A DNA stretch of 64,000 bases from Desulfatiglandales bacterium (GTDB lineage Bacteria > Desulfobacterota > DSM-4660 > Desulfatiglandales > HGW-15). A program made the position numbers and the translations under genes. The stretch covers positions 2,816,001 to 2,880,000 of the forward strand of contig CAXXJJ010000004.1 of NCBI GenBank assembly GCA_963667015.2. Direction: 5' to 3'. Positions 39,239 through 49,287 of the stretch are shown piece after piece; positions within the stretch are counted from its first letter, which is position 1, and each line of letters begins with the position of its first letter. Under the pieces are notes generated by a model. That model saw only the letters and a list, made by a program, of their open reading frames with translations, made no database searches and was not told the DNA's origin.

Positions 39239-39745
39239 TGTTTTACCCTCCCCGGCTAAATATTCTTAAAGATCGTTCTCCTTAAGATCAAAGAAATATG
39301 ATGGATTACATAAAGATATGGTGTAATATTGTCAAGAAAATCTCACACCTGTGTGAGGGAAATAGTTCTACCATGCTTTTTATCTCTAAAATTACCTGAT
39401 TTACCTCTTCACCAGTGACTTCTAATTATTATATAAAAATGTGTATCATGCACCTTGAATTGTGCATTTTCTTTATTTTATTAGGTTTAACAAAATGCCG
39501 GGTACTTGTTTTATTAAAATCAACATAGCCAGAAGCCCTGCCATCAGGGGTTTTCACTGTTATTTCTGTAGATGCTTGTAATCGGATGATTCTGGCATAA
39601 TATTTGAAATAACATTTCATTAAACCCGCCTTAAACATGCTTCAAAACACACGTAATACCAAAAGCTTTTCAGGATTAATATTTTAAGCTTCGCCACCGA
39701 TGACAGGACGTATAACCGCTTTTACTTAAAAGCTAAGGAGATCAA

Positions 39746-41314
39746 ATGGGCAAAGTACAATCTATAAAAATTGAAGACATCATCCTCGACAACAGCATCT
39801 ATCCACGTAACAGCATTGATTACAAAAGAGTATCCATGTTTGAGGAAAATATGAGAGATGGATTTGTGTTTGATTCTATTCATCTTCAGGAACATCCTGA
39901 TGTGCCAGGAAAATACCGCATCCTGGATGGTGCACACCGGTTCAAGGCCTACAGGGGAATCGGCGAAAAGGAAGTTAAGGCAGAAATCATTAATCTCAAC
40001 GGAGAAGATCCCCTGCTGTATGCTGCAAGTAAGGCCATTGGCCCCAGAGAGCTCAAGGATGACGAGGCAAGGGAGACTGCCAGAAGGGCTTATAAGAATA
40101 ATCCGAAACTTACATCAAAGAAAATAGGTGCTAGAATATGCAGATCAAGAAGGACTGTCGATTCTTATATATCCGATCTTCGTGCTGCCTCACAGTTTGA
40201 TTTAAGTCTTAAAATATTACGAATGAGCCGTCTTGGAGTTCCGCAGGAAAGAATAGCACAAAGGTTTGGACTGGATCAAAAAACAATCAGTAACTATTCA
40301 GGAAAAAAGGCAACCCTGATGGACTCGCAAAAAGTCGAATAATCGTTATAACCCAAAAAATCGAGTCTCCTATTTGCCTCAGAATCGACGATTACATGAT
40401 TAGACATGGGTTAAAGGCCATCAAAATAGTATTCTTTTTGCTGACGCTGACTTTTTGCGAGATCATCAACCCTGCCTTTTCTCCTGAATACCGATTTAAA
40501 ACAAGGATTCACAGTTTCTCAGGTCGCTGAAAAGCACGGCTGTCCTGAACCTCTGGTCTGGTCGTTTAACATGGAGAGAAAAAATGACATTCCTAAATAC
40601 AAGGAATTGCAATGGGGACTCCGGACCTGGGATAACTGGTACTGGACAGATTGCGACAAAAGATTCGGTGATGAATGGCCCGGAAGAATCCCGGCACAAC
40701 TCATAGCACATATTCTTTATTACTTCTCAAAACAGGGAGACCTTGTTATTGATCCCATGGCTGGGGGCGGTGTGGTCGCAGACACATGCCTCGCTTTCAA
40801 CCGGCGCTGCTGGAGTTTTGATATGGTAGACAGACCTGATGAAAGGCCAGAGATAGAACCATATTTCTGGGACATCAATAATCTCAAATGGCCGGTAAAT
40901 GGAAAGACAAAGCCTGACCTGATTATCTTTGATCCGCCATATTTCAGCAAAAAGGCAAAGGAATACGAAGAGGATAGCATATCGAATCTCTCAAAAGCAG
41001 ATTACCTGAAATTTCTTGAAAGGTTTTTCAGGCTGGCCAGCGAGCACAGTAAAAAGGACACAAGTCTTGCGATGATCAATGCCGACTGGAGGGATTTTCA
41101 GAATACTCCGGCAAAGGATGAAATCAGAAAGAATTCTATCCTCATGAACGACTATCTTGACGCCATGCACAAATCGGGCTGGGAAGAGATACAAGTCATG
41201 TGGGCGCCCATGTCGTCGGAGAGGTTCCATGCAGGTGTGGTTGCTGCCATGCAGAAAAAGAAAATACTGGGGGTTACAAACAGGTATGTGATTGTGGCTA
41301 AAAAGCAAGGCTAA
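39746..41314 (+). pseudogene. ParB/Srx-domain + HTH + N4/N6 DNA methyltransferase fusion gene interrupted by a MITE
   Basis: ORF 39746-40342 (ILDGAHRFKA ParB motif, HTH QERIAQRFGLDQKTIS) and ORF 40571-41314 (DPMAGGG, DPPY) join into one 470-aa frame once the 156-bp insertion is removed. Confidence 0.85.
40318..40467. mobile_element. 150-bp non-autonomous MITE with TIRs and target duplication
   Basis: TIRs GATGGACTCGCAAAAAGTC / GACTTTTTGCGAGATCATC (17/19 match); direct repeat AACCCT at 40312-40317 and 40468-40473. Confidence 0.9.
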
Positions 41315-41352
41315 AGCAGTTTAGCTGAAGGCTTTTAAGTTTACTGCATGTA

Positions 41353-41384
41353 CTAACAGCCTTCAGTCTAGATCCCTTCAGTCT
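41353..41384. repeat. Copy of dispersed CTAACAGCCTTCAG(T/A)C repeat family
   Basis: Related copies at 41778-41794, 44097-44123, 44395-44425, reversed at about 41725-41742 and 49424-49450, degenerate at about 268-296. Confidence 0.75.
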
Positions 41385-41432
41385 GTTTTTTCTATCAGAT
41401 TTCAGACTAAAAACAAAAAAGGAGAAAACAAA

Positions 41433-41699
41433 ATGCGATTAATTGAATGGGAAGTGAAAGAGGATGATTACCAGGAGCAGATAAACATTCCGAGTGAACA
41501 GAGGAAAATGGCAGCAGAAGAGGGCATCAGTACTGATTACAAACAAAAGGTAGCTGTACAGATAACAAACCTCACTACCGGAGAGATGTATACTGCAAGA
41601 TCTCCAATCACAGGGACCAACCAGTTATATATCCCGGGTGAGATCCAGAAAATGCTGAAGGATTCAGGAAAAATCCGCATCCAGATTTTAGGGGGGTAG
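41433..41699 (+). CDS. Hypothetical 88-aa protein
   Basis: Strong AAGGAG RBS, clean ORF downstream of the methyltransferase. Confidence 0.75.
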   Translation: MRLIEWEVKEDDYQEQINIPSEQRKMAAEEGISTDYKQKVAVQITNLTTGEMYTARSPITGTNQLYIPGEIQKMLKDSGKIRIQILGG

Positions 41700-42018
41700 C
41701 TAAAGGCAGGCTAAAGCTGAATAGTTGGCTAAAGGCTGTTAGTTTTAAAAATTACTTCAGTTTTCAACCAGTCGTACCTAACAGCCTTCAGACTTTCCCC
41801 TGTTAAATCCGCATAGCTTTTGCGACGGCGGAAGACTAATATGCTACCAACTGATTTTCTGCGATTCAGCAGATGCTGAAGCATTCTGAAAATATAGATG
41901 TGCTACAATTGCACAGTGTCTGAAAAGCCGGGTTGATTAGCGGTAAGTTTTACTGTAAAATAATATCATTGACTTACCCAAATGAAAAAGTAAAGATTTG
42001 CAAAAGGGAGTGATAACA

Positions 42019-42732
42019 ATGAACGTTAAGAAAAATGTAGATATATATGGGGATAAAAATCCCAGGAAGATACCCAATTATACTGCTGCAGAGGCTTCGA
42101 AGTATCTACGTTTATCTGCAAGCACTCTTCGGTCCTGGGCAAAAGGCAGAGGGTATACCTATCAGGATGTGTATACATTTTCGGAACCCATTATGGGTAA
42201 ATCCCGTGAAGGAATCGAGTCATTATTATCTTTTGAAAATATAATCGAAGCTCATATCATTAAAGCCTTGCGTACAATGCATGGCGTTTCAATGAAAAAG
42301 CTAAAGGTTGCTCTTGATACGGCTGAAAATAAATTTGGGATTAGTAATCTTTTATTAAGTCCGAATTTGTGTACAGCAGCTGGACAACTTTTCCTGGAAC
42401 AATATGGGCAGCTGATTAATCTGAGTTTATCTGGACAGTACGCAATGAAAAAGATATTCGAGGCTCACCTGAAAAGAGTAGAATATGATATTGATGGATT
42501 GCCGATGAAATTTTATCCCTTTATAAAACCGGAAGCGGATGACAGTAAGAAATCTATAGTAATAAATCCATTTGTGTCTTTTGGAAAACCCACCTTAGCC
42601 AATAGAAATATTTCCACATATGTTATTGTAAATAGAATTGATGCAGGAGAAAACATTAATGATGTGGCCGACGATTATGATTTGGATATTCAGGATGTAG
42701 AGGACGCCATTATCTATGAGAGGGCGGCTTGA
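42019..42732 (+). CDS. HTH + DUF433 domain protein (VapB45-like antitoxin)
   Basis: YTAAEASKYL..SASTLRSW, INPFVSFGKP, AGENINDVADDYDL...VEDAI.YE. Start moved to ATG 42019 (AAGGGAG upstream). Confidence 0.85.
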   Translation: MNVKKNVDIYGDKNPRKIPNYTAAEASKYLRLSASTLRSWAKGRGYTYQDVYTFSEPIMGKSREGIESLLSFENIIEAHIIKALRTMHGVSMKKLKVALDTAENKFGISNLLLSPNLCTAAGQLFLEQYGQLINLSLSGQYAMKKIFEAHLKRVEYDIDGLPMKFYPFIKPEADDSKKSIVINPFVSFGKPTLANRNISTYVIVNRIDAGENINDVADDYDLDIQDVEDAIIYERAA

Positions 42733-43154
42733 AACCAACCTTTTTCACTGATAGAGATCTAGGTAAAACATTCCCAAAATTATTAAATGAAAATGGAATA
42801 AAAACAGAAAAATACTTTGACCATTTTCCTGATGATACAACGGACGTCGAGTGGCTAAAGGAAATAGGTGAAAAGGGCTGGTATTGTATAAGTCATGATA
42901 GAAGAATAAGGTATAATCCAGCAGAGAAAGAAGCTGTAATCAATTCCGGTATAGGATTGTTTTTATTAGTCGGTCACGCAAACAACAAAGAACTCGCTGA
43001 AAATTTCATAAACACTATAAATAAAATTGAAAAGTTCATTATAAAACATCCGAGACCGTTTATTGCCAAAGTATATCGTCCTCCAAAGTCAAAGAGAACA
43101 TCAACGAAAAAGCCAAAAGGTGACATTATTCTTTGGTTGGGACCTGATAGCTGA
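42729..43154 (+). CDS. VapC45-like PIN toxin
   Basis: FFTDRDLG, DVEWL..IG..GW..ISHD.RIRY; overlaps the antitoxin stop. Confidence 0.85.
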   Translation: MKPTFFTDRDLGKTFPKLLNENGIKTEKYFDHFPDDTTDVEWLKEIGEKGWYCISHDRRIRYNPAEKEAVINSGIGLFLLVGHANNKELAENFINTINKIEKFIIKHPRPFIAKVYRPPKSKRTSTKKPKGDIILWLGPDS

Positions 43155-43267
43155 CGTTAGGTTTTTTCTTTCCCTCAATCCACTATTTTCCAATAAAAAT
43201 AAAAAATTAAATAATTTAAATAATTCTGTCGATAAAATATAAAACCTATCATTAATTAAAAGGATTA

Positions 43268-43966
43268 TTGCCAATGTTTACTATATCAAAAAAAATACCA
43301 CGTATTACATTCGGTTTAATAATTATCTGCTTCTTTTTTCCTTTTATGGACATTTCATGCGGTGGACAGAAATTTATTTCATTATCAGGTGTACAGTTAA
43401 TAACTGGAACTACGATAAAAGAACCCGATATCCTTAACGATCAAATGAATGCTGATAACCAGCAGTTTTTTAAAGGGAACAATATACATATTCCGGGAAA
43501 TGACATACCCAAAGTTCATAACATTCCCCCTGAACCGCTTGCAATAGTTACCTTTTCATTTATTGCCTTAGGATTAATTTTAAGTTTCAATAAGAAAAAC
43601 AGGCATGCTTTATTTCCGGCAATCTGCTCTTCTGCAAGCTTGATTACCTTACTGCTTTTAAAAAATAAAATTGATAATGATGTTTTGAGAGAAGGCAGCG
43701 GAGCTTTCATGATAACATACGCAACAGGTTTTTGGACTATATTGGTTTTATTAATAATTACAATTTCTATGAATTTTTATATTTTTTCTGTAAAAGAAGA
43801 GGAAAAGAAAAAAGGGAAATATAAAGCCTCAGTCGATGATATAAACTTAAACCTAAATGTAAAAACTGATAAAACAGATATTAATCAAGTCTCAAATACT
43901 GGAATAATTGAAAAAAATAAGAAGGATGACGATACCAGATGGATGCATCCGGACATGAGAAAATAA
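43268..43966 (+). CDS. Hypothetical membrane protein
   Basis: CFFFPFMDISC...SGVQL..G N-terminus, about 4 TM segments, AAGGA RBS. Confidence 0.75.
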   Translation: MPMFTISKKIPRITFGLIIICFFFPFMDISCGGQKFISLSGVQLITGTTIKEPDILNDQMNADNQQFFKGNNIHIPGNDIPKVHNIPPEPLAIVTFSFIALGLILSFNKKNRHALFPAICSSASLITLLLLKNKIDNDVLREGSGAFMITYATGFWTILVLLIITISMNFYIFSVKEEEKKKGKYKASVDDINLNLNVKTDKTDINQVSNTGIIEKNKKDDDTRWMHPDMRK

Positions 43967-44880
43967 TCATTCATCCCTCTAGAATACCAGATTGGTTTTA
44001 TTTTATTTCGTCTTACAGCGTTTTTTATTGGGAATATAATCCCCATTGGTTGGTACACCTGCCTCAAAATATTTTTGTTTTTGAGAATTACTTCTCCTAA
44101 CAGCCTTCAGTCAAAACAGCTTCCCTGACCCGGCGTAAGATTTATGAAGCCGGCAGCCTGCATCTCTCTGCCCTCCGACCTCTGGTATCTGATCTCTAGC
44201 TTTTATTCTTGCTTTTTCCGGCCGCAAGTCTTAGAAAAGAGACTATATCGGTCCTGATATAATGATTTACTGCATTTAATGTCTTTTCGAGTGATCGTCC
44301 ATGACTGATTACTCATTAATATAATTATTCATAAAAAGTATTTTTGTTGTCATTTTTTGACTTGTAGAAGATCTCGACTCTATTTTCGGAGACCCTAACA
44401 GGCTTCAGTCTAAACAGCTTCAGCCAACACATTATGATCCCGACGAAGCATGGTTGGCAAAAAGCTGGCGGCAATATTTAAGTTGGTTTGGGAAGGCAGA
44501 GCAAAATATTAATGATGAAGGACTCCCTCTGGTAAGGGAATGGTTGCGTACTGCAGAGAGCCATTGGCAGACAATTGAGGATGAAGATATACTTATGGAT
44601 GAGCCTCGAAATGATGTTAGCTGGCTCAGGCCATGGCGGCAAGCGCTAAGAGATTTCAGTCGTATTTAAAAGATTCAAAATATTTTGTTGGAATTTTGCT
44701 AGATATAATTTAAGGGCTGTAGAAGCTTTATCAGAGAAAAACAAGCTTCTGACAGCCACCTTTGTTTGCTCTATCTTCAGAGTACGAGTCAATTTACTTT
44801 ATAACATACTGACTGAGTAATAATGAGAAAATGAAAAATTATTTAGAAATTTATAAAGTCTGATACAAAAAGGGGAAAAA

Positions 44881-47283
44881 ATGAAATTCAAAGAAGCATT
44901 AGAGCATGCTCTAAATGGAAACGCTATAATGTTTGCTGGTGCAGGTTATTCTTCTGGGGCTATAAATTTAAAAAATAGAAAATTTAAAAGAGGCAAGGAA
45001 TTAGCCGAATATTTTTCAAAAGCATGTAATTTACCAAATGATACCTTTCTTGATGATGCTACCGATAGTTACATAGAAGAGTTCGGAGCGGACGCACTAA
45101 TTAAGGAAATACAAGATGAATTTACAGTAAAAAAATTGCCTCCATATTATGAAAAATTAGCCCATATCCCATGGAAACGCATTTATACTACAAATTATGA
45201 TAATGTGTTAGAACTCTCATGGAATTCAGCATCTAAAATATTAACTCCCATAACACTTACCTCTGATATTTATAAGATACCGAAAGAAAATCTTTGTATA
45301 CATTTGAACGGATTTATTGATCGACTTGATCGAGATAGTATCCAATCCGAACTCAAACTAACTGAATCCAGTTATCTTACCGCATCTTTAGTCGATTCAG
45401 AATGGATGTCGATGTTTCGTCATGACATTCAGTATTCTAGCGCTGTGTTCTTTTTAGGATATTCGCTCTATGACTTAGATATTAATAGGATATTATTTAA
45501 TACAGAAGAACTATATGAAAAATGCTTTTTTGTGATAGGTAATAATCCTGATGTTATTACCTTGAAAAGGGTGAAGAGATTTGGCACACCTGTTAAGAAA
45601 GATATTGAAAGTTTTTCAAAAGATGTATCAAATTTACAAAAATCATTTACACCTACTACTCTCGATGAACCTATTTTTTTATCAATCACAGAATTCAATC
45701 CTACCTTAAATCCCTTACCCATAACTGATCAGGATTTCCTTAACCTTATGTTATATGGTGAGATTAAGAATGAATTACTGATTGAGTCTTTAAGGACAGA
45801 CAAAAGATATATATTGCAACGAGACAGCTCTGATGAAGTTTTCAAATTTTTTAATAACAATCACAATATTTGTTTAATCAGTTCTGAGCTCGGTAATGGC
45901 AAGAGCATATTTCTTAAAAACATTAATTATTTGGCACTTAAAAAGAAATATCGTGTATTCAATATTAAAGAACGTAACGACGAATCAATATTTGAGTTTG
46001 CAAATCTCTTAAAGCTTAAAGGAAAAATTCTTATTACAATTGATGGATATCAAGATTGGCTTGATCAAATTAAATATTTTTCTCTAAATGCTCCGCAAGA
46101 CAAATTTCTTTTTTTAACAGCACGTAATGCTCTTCATGATGTCTTATATGATGACCTCGTAAATAATACAGGGAAAGATTTTTTACCTGAAATTCAAATC
46201 GACAACCTGACTGAGAATGAAATAGCATGGTTTGTTGAAGCTTTTGATGAATATGGCTTATGGGGAGATAAAGCTTCTAATACATATTTGCAAAAAAGTA
46301 AATACCTGCAATTTGACTGTCAAGGCCAAATTCATGCAATTTTATTAAAATATTTGAATTCTCCAAACATCAGTAATCGACTAAGGCGACTCTATAATAA
46401 TATCAAAGACCATCCAAACTACTACGAAGTTGCTCTTAGTATCTTTATCCTTACAACGATTGACCTAGGTCCAACAATAGATACACTTGTTGATCTATGG
46501 GGGCCAGAAAGATTAAGCCAAATTCGTTCAAATAAAAATTCTCCACTGCGAGAAATTGTAAATTTTGAACGAAATAGCATTTCTGTTAAGTCTTCAATTG
46601 TTGGTGAATATTTTTTAAGAAATATTGCTGATGTCGCAATTATAGTCAGGGTTCTTTTAAAAATAGTTGATAGAATCCATGAGCTTTCAAAAAGTTCAGT
46701 TAAATACCATTCTTTCTTTGTTAACTTAATGAAATTTAGCAATGTTCAACAAATTCTCCCAGAAGAAGGAAGAAAAGCTGGTATCATGAAATATTATGAA
46801 TCAATAAAAACATTGTACAAGTGCCGGAATCATCCTCTTTTTTGGCTTCAATATGCGATTGCATCAATTGTTATAAAAGACTTATATAGGGCAGAGAAAT
46901 ATTTTAATAGTGCTTATTCATATGCAGAGGAAAGACATTGGGATACATTTCAAATTGATAATCATTATGCGAGATACTTGCTGGTAATGGCGATTGAAGA
47001 GATAAAGGAACCAGAAGAAGCAATGGAAAATTTTAGGAGGGCAAGGAATATCATTACTAGACAAATGGCTAATGAACGACTCCACTATCCTTACAGAGTA
47101 GCTTCTTTATACCAACCATTTTTTGATAAATTTGCAATTACTCTGAGTAAACATGATAAAAATTTGGTCAAGGACACTGCTAAGACCGTTTTAGAAAGAA
47201 TAAATGCCCTCCCTGAATACAGGAGACAAGGGCGAAATATTAGAGAGTGCAAATTAGCGATTGAAAGTATTTTAAGATATTAA
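44881..47283 (+). CDS. SIR2-like domain + P-loop NTPase + helical/TPR-like C-terminus (Avs/STAND-like defence protein)
   Basis: SIR2 motifs FAGAGYS, IYTTNYDN, FLGYSLYD; Walker A ELGNGKS and Walker B ITIDG; TPR-like FWLQYAIA...AEKYFNSAY. Confidence 0.85.
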   Translation: MKFKEALEHALNGNAIMFAGAGYSSGAINLKNRKFKRGKELAEYFSKACNLPNDTFLDDATDSYIEEFGADALIKEIQDEFTVKKLPPYYEKLAHIPWKRIYTTNYDNVLELSWNSASKILTPITLTSDIYKIPKENLCIHLNGFIDRLDRDSIQSELKLTESSYLTASLVDSEWMSMFRHDIQYSSAVFFLGYSLYDLDINRILFNTEELYEKCFFVIGNNPDVITLKRVKRFGTPVKKDIESFSKDVSNLQKSFTPTTLDEPIFLSITEFNPTLNPLPITDQDFLNLMLYGEIKNELLIESLRTDKRYILQRDSSDEVFKFFNNNHNICLISSELGNGKSIFLKNINYLALKKKYRVFNIKERNDESIFEFANLLKLKGKILITIDGYQDWLDQIKYFSLNAPQDKFLFLTARNALHDVLYDDLVNNTGKDFLPEIQIDNLTENEIAWFVEAFDEYGLWGDKASNTYLQKSKYLQFDCQGQIHAILLKYLNSPNISNRLRRLYNNIKDHPNYYEVALSIFILTTIDLGPTIDTLVDLWGPERLSQIRSNKNSPLREIVNFERNSISVKSSIVGEYFLRNIADVAIIVRVLLKIVDRIHELSKSSVKYHSFFVNLMKFSNVQQILPEEGRKAGIMKYYESIKTLYKCRNHPLFWLQYAIASIVIKDLYRAEKYFNSAYSYAEERHWDTFQIDNHYARYLLVMAIEEIKEPEEAMENFRRARNIITRQMANERLHYPYRVASLYQPFFDKFAITLSKHDKNLVKDTAKTVLERINALPEYRRQGRNIRECKLAIESILRY

Positions 47284-47469
47284 AAAGCAAGTCAAGGTAT
47301 TCATAGTAATTGTGAAAAAAAGGAGAAGATAGAAAACATAACTAAAAAAGACGTAAGGGCATTAATCAATGATATCTGTGCTTTGATATTGGTGACATAG
47401 ATATCCAAATATAGTTGCACGGATATTCTCAACGAATTTGAAAAGAAATTTAATTTAGACTTATATAAT

Positions 47470-48174
47470 ATGAGCAAAGGAAAGAAACCAAAAAGAACTG
47501 TAAAGGTTTTAAGAGGACCTAAGTCCTATAATAGAGAGAAACTAGAAGAGCATGGTAATGGAGAAATATTTATACCAGCAGTTACAGGTGCATTGATTGG
47601 GAATCTTGTTGCTCCAGGGATTGGCGGCCTAGTTGCGGGTAGTCTACTGGGAGGTGTTATTGGGGCCACAAATATCAAGGAGAAGAAAATGGCAAAAATT
47701 CCAGTTTTTTATAGTTTTCATTTCGATAATGATGTCATGCGTGTACAGCAAGTCCGGAATATCGGAACTATCGAAGGAAATTCACCTACCACTCCCAATG
47801 AATGGGAAAAATTAAAGCGGACGGGAGAATCAGCAGTGAAAAATTGGATTGACAATAATATGAAATACAAGAGGTGTGTAATTGTATTAATCGGATCAGA
47901 TACATATGGTAGACCTTGGATTAAATACGAAATAGAAAAAGCATGGAATGACGGAAAAGCTTTATTGGGTGTATATATTCATAACCTTAAATGTCCAAGA
48001 AATGGAATATGTAGAAAAGGCAAAAATCCATTTGATGAATTTACATTCAGTGATGGCAGGAAACTGTCATCTGTTGTTCAATGTTATGATCCAAACCAGA
48101 GCAATGCATATCAAGATATCGCCAATAACATTGCGAACTGGATAAATCATGCTATCGCAAATAAGAGGAACTGA
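47470..48174 (+). CDS. Thoeris ThsB-like TIR-domain protein with possible N-terminal glycine zipper
   Basis: VFYSFHFDND..RVQQVRN, IVLIG..T..RPWIKYEI (catalytic Glu), GVYIH. Alternative start ATG 47689 with AAGGAG. Confidence 0.9.
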   Translation: MSKGKKPKRTVKVLRGPKSYNREKLEEHGNGEIFIPAVTGALIGNLVAPGIGGLVAGSLLGGVIGATNIKEKKMAKIPVFYSFHFDNDVMRVQQVRNIGTIEGNSPTTPNEWEKLKRTGESAVKNWIDNNMKYKRCVIVLIGSDTYGRPWIKYEIEKAWNDGKALLGVYIHNLKCPRNGICRKGKNPFDEFTFSDGRKLSSVVQCYDPNQSNAYQDIANNIANWINHAIANKRN

Positions 48175-48176
48175 CC

Positions 48177-48623
48177 ATGATGGATTCACAAGTATTAGAT
48201 ATAGATCCTGAGTCAGCATCTATACAGACACATCTCGGGATAATCCAAAATGTAATACAGAGGATGTCAGCTAATAGTTCAAACTGCAAAGCATGGTGTG
48301 TTAGTTTAGTTGCTGCTATTCTGGTTATAGTGGCAGATAAGGGTAAGCCTGAATATGCATGGATATCATTACTGCCTACAATTGTGTTTACTGCATTAGA
48401 TGCATATTATCTGGCGCTCGAGAAGGCATTTCGAAACTCATACAATATTTTCATTACTAAAATCCATAAAAAGCAATTAACTGAAGAAGACCTTTATGCG
48501 GTAACGCCTGTTGGGAAAATGTCTCAACTCCAACTTGAAGCATTAAAATCATTTTCTGTCTGGGGCTTCTATCTTTCACTCATCGTTCTAATTGGGTTAA
48601 CAAAATGGATTGCCCTTGGATAA
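48177..48623 (+). CDS. Small multi-pass membrane protein (putative effector)
   Basis: HL.IIQNVIQRM..NS...KAW, LDAYYL.LE..FR, three hydrophobic segments; starts 2 nt after the TIR stop. Confidence 0.8.
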   Translation: MMDSQVLDIDPESASIQTHLGIIQNVIQRMSANSSNCKAWCVSLVAAILVIVADKGKPEYAWISLLPTIVFTALDAYYLALEKAFRNSYNIFITKIHKKQLTEEDLYAVTPVGKMSQLQLEALKSFSVWGFYLSLIVLIGLTKWIALG

Positions 48624-48794
48624 ATTGAATTGTTATACCAATCTCATTTTAGAGCATTATTGATACCAAAATTCTATACATATTCTTCGCGGCGAGAAAA
48701 TCGCATCCCGTCATGCAGGGCGTAGGTAAAACAATAATACGCGCTCAAGCAATAACGTTACACTGGTTAGAGTAACAAGTGTTTAGGTTTAAGG

Positions 48795-49149
48795 CTATGT
48801 TTCTACCCCATTACCATTTATGGTTTCCAAAATTTCTTTAAAACTCTCCAGTCCTGCTTCTATATTTTCAATGATTTCACTGGCTAATATGTCCGGGTCT
48901 GGCAGATTGTCCAGGTCTGCAAGGCTGGTGTCTTTTATCCAGAATATATCAAGGTTAGTTTTATCACGGGCGATGATCTCTTCATATGTGAATTTTCGCC
49001 ATCTTCCATCTGGGTTTTCCTCGGACCTAGTTTCTTTTCTGTCATGACGGTTCGTGGAATTGTAGCATCTAATGAAGTCCTGCAGATCTTTCAGTTTCAT
49101 TGTTGATTTTTTCAGGGTGTGATGGATATTGGTCATGTAATCGTATATC
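48795..49149 (-). pseudogene. hsdM: 3' remnant of type I R-M methyltransferase
   Basis: IYDY.TN.HHTLKK...LQDFIRCY...RWRKF.YEEIIARDKTNLDIFW.KD.SL.DLDNLP.PD.LA.EIIEN, typical of an HsdM C-terminus; no N-terminus present. Confidence 0.8.
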
Positions 49150-49287
49150 AGTTTGGTATTCCCTGATTGCAATACCTTTGGCCGCGGAAAGATCAACCTT
49201 GTTTTTAGACTGCACAGCCCATCCGGCTGCGGCAAGCATCCTGTCGATTTTATCCCGTGCCATTTGTTCTGGTGTCTGGTTTATCAT
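49147..49287 (-). pseudogene. hsdR: 5' remnant (about 47 codons) of type I R-M restriction subunit
   Basis: TPEQMARDKIDRMLAAAGWAVQ...GIAIREYQTD, typical of an HsdR N-terminus, then an abrupt out-of-frame join to hsdM. Confidence 0.8.

Noticed and set aside
39429..39638. 69-aa ORF upstream of the ParB-MTase
   Set aside because: No RBS or motif; likely spurious in AT-rich intergenic DNA.
44454..44669. 71-aa ORF upstream of the SIR2 gene as part of the defence cassette
   Set aside because: TTG start without a clear RBS, begins just after a repeat, no recognisable motif; possibly a gene fragment, not supportable.
44881..48174. Canonical Thoeris (ThsA SIR2-SLOG + ThsB)
   Set aside because: The SIR2 protein is 800 aa with Walker motifs and a TPR-like tail, and no SLOG domain is recognisable.
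48795..49235. 146-aa and 72-aa ORFs as real genes
   Set aside because: Both are chimeric frames created by the hsdR/hsdM deletion junction.
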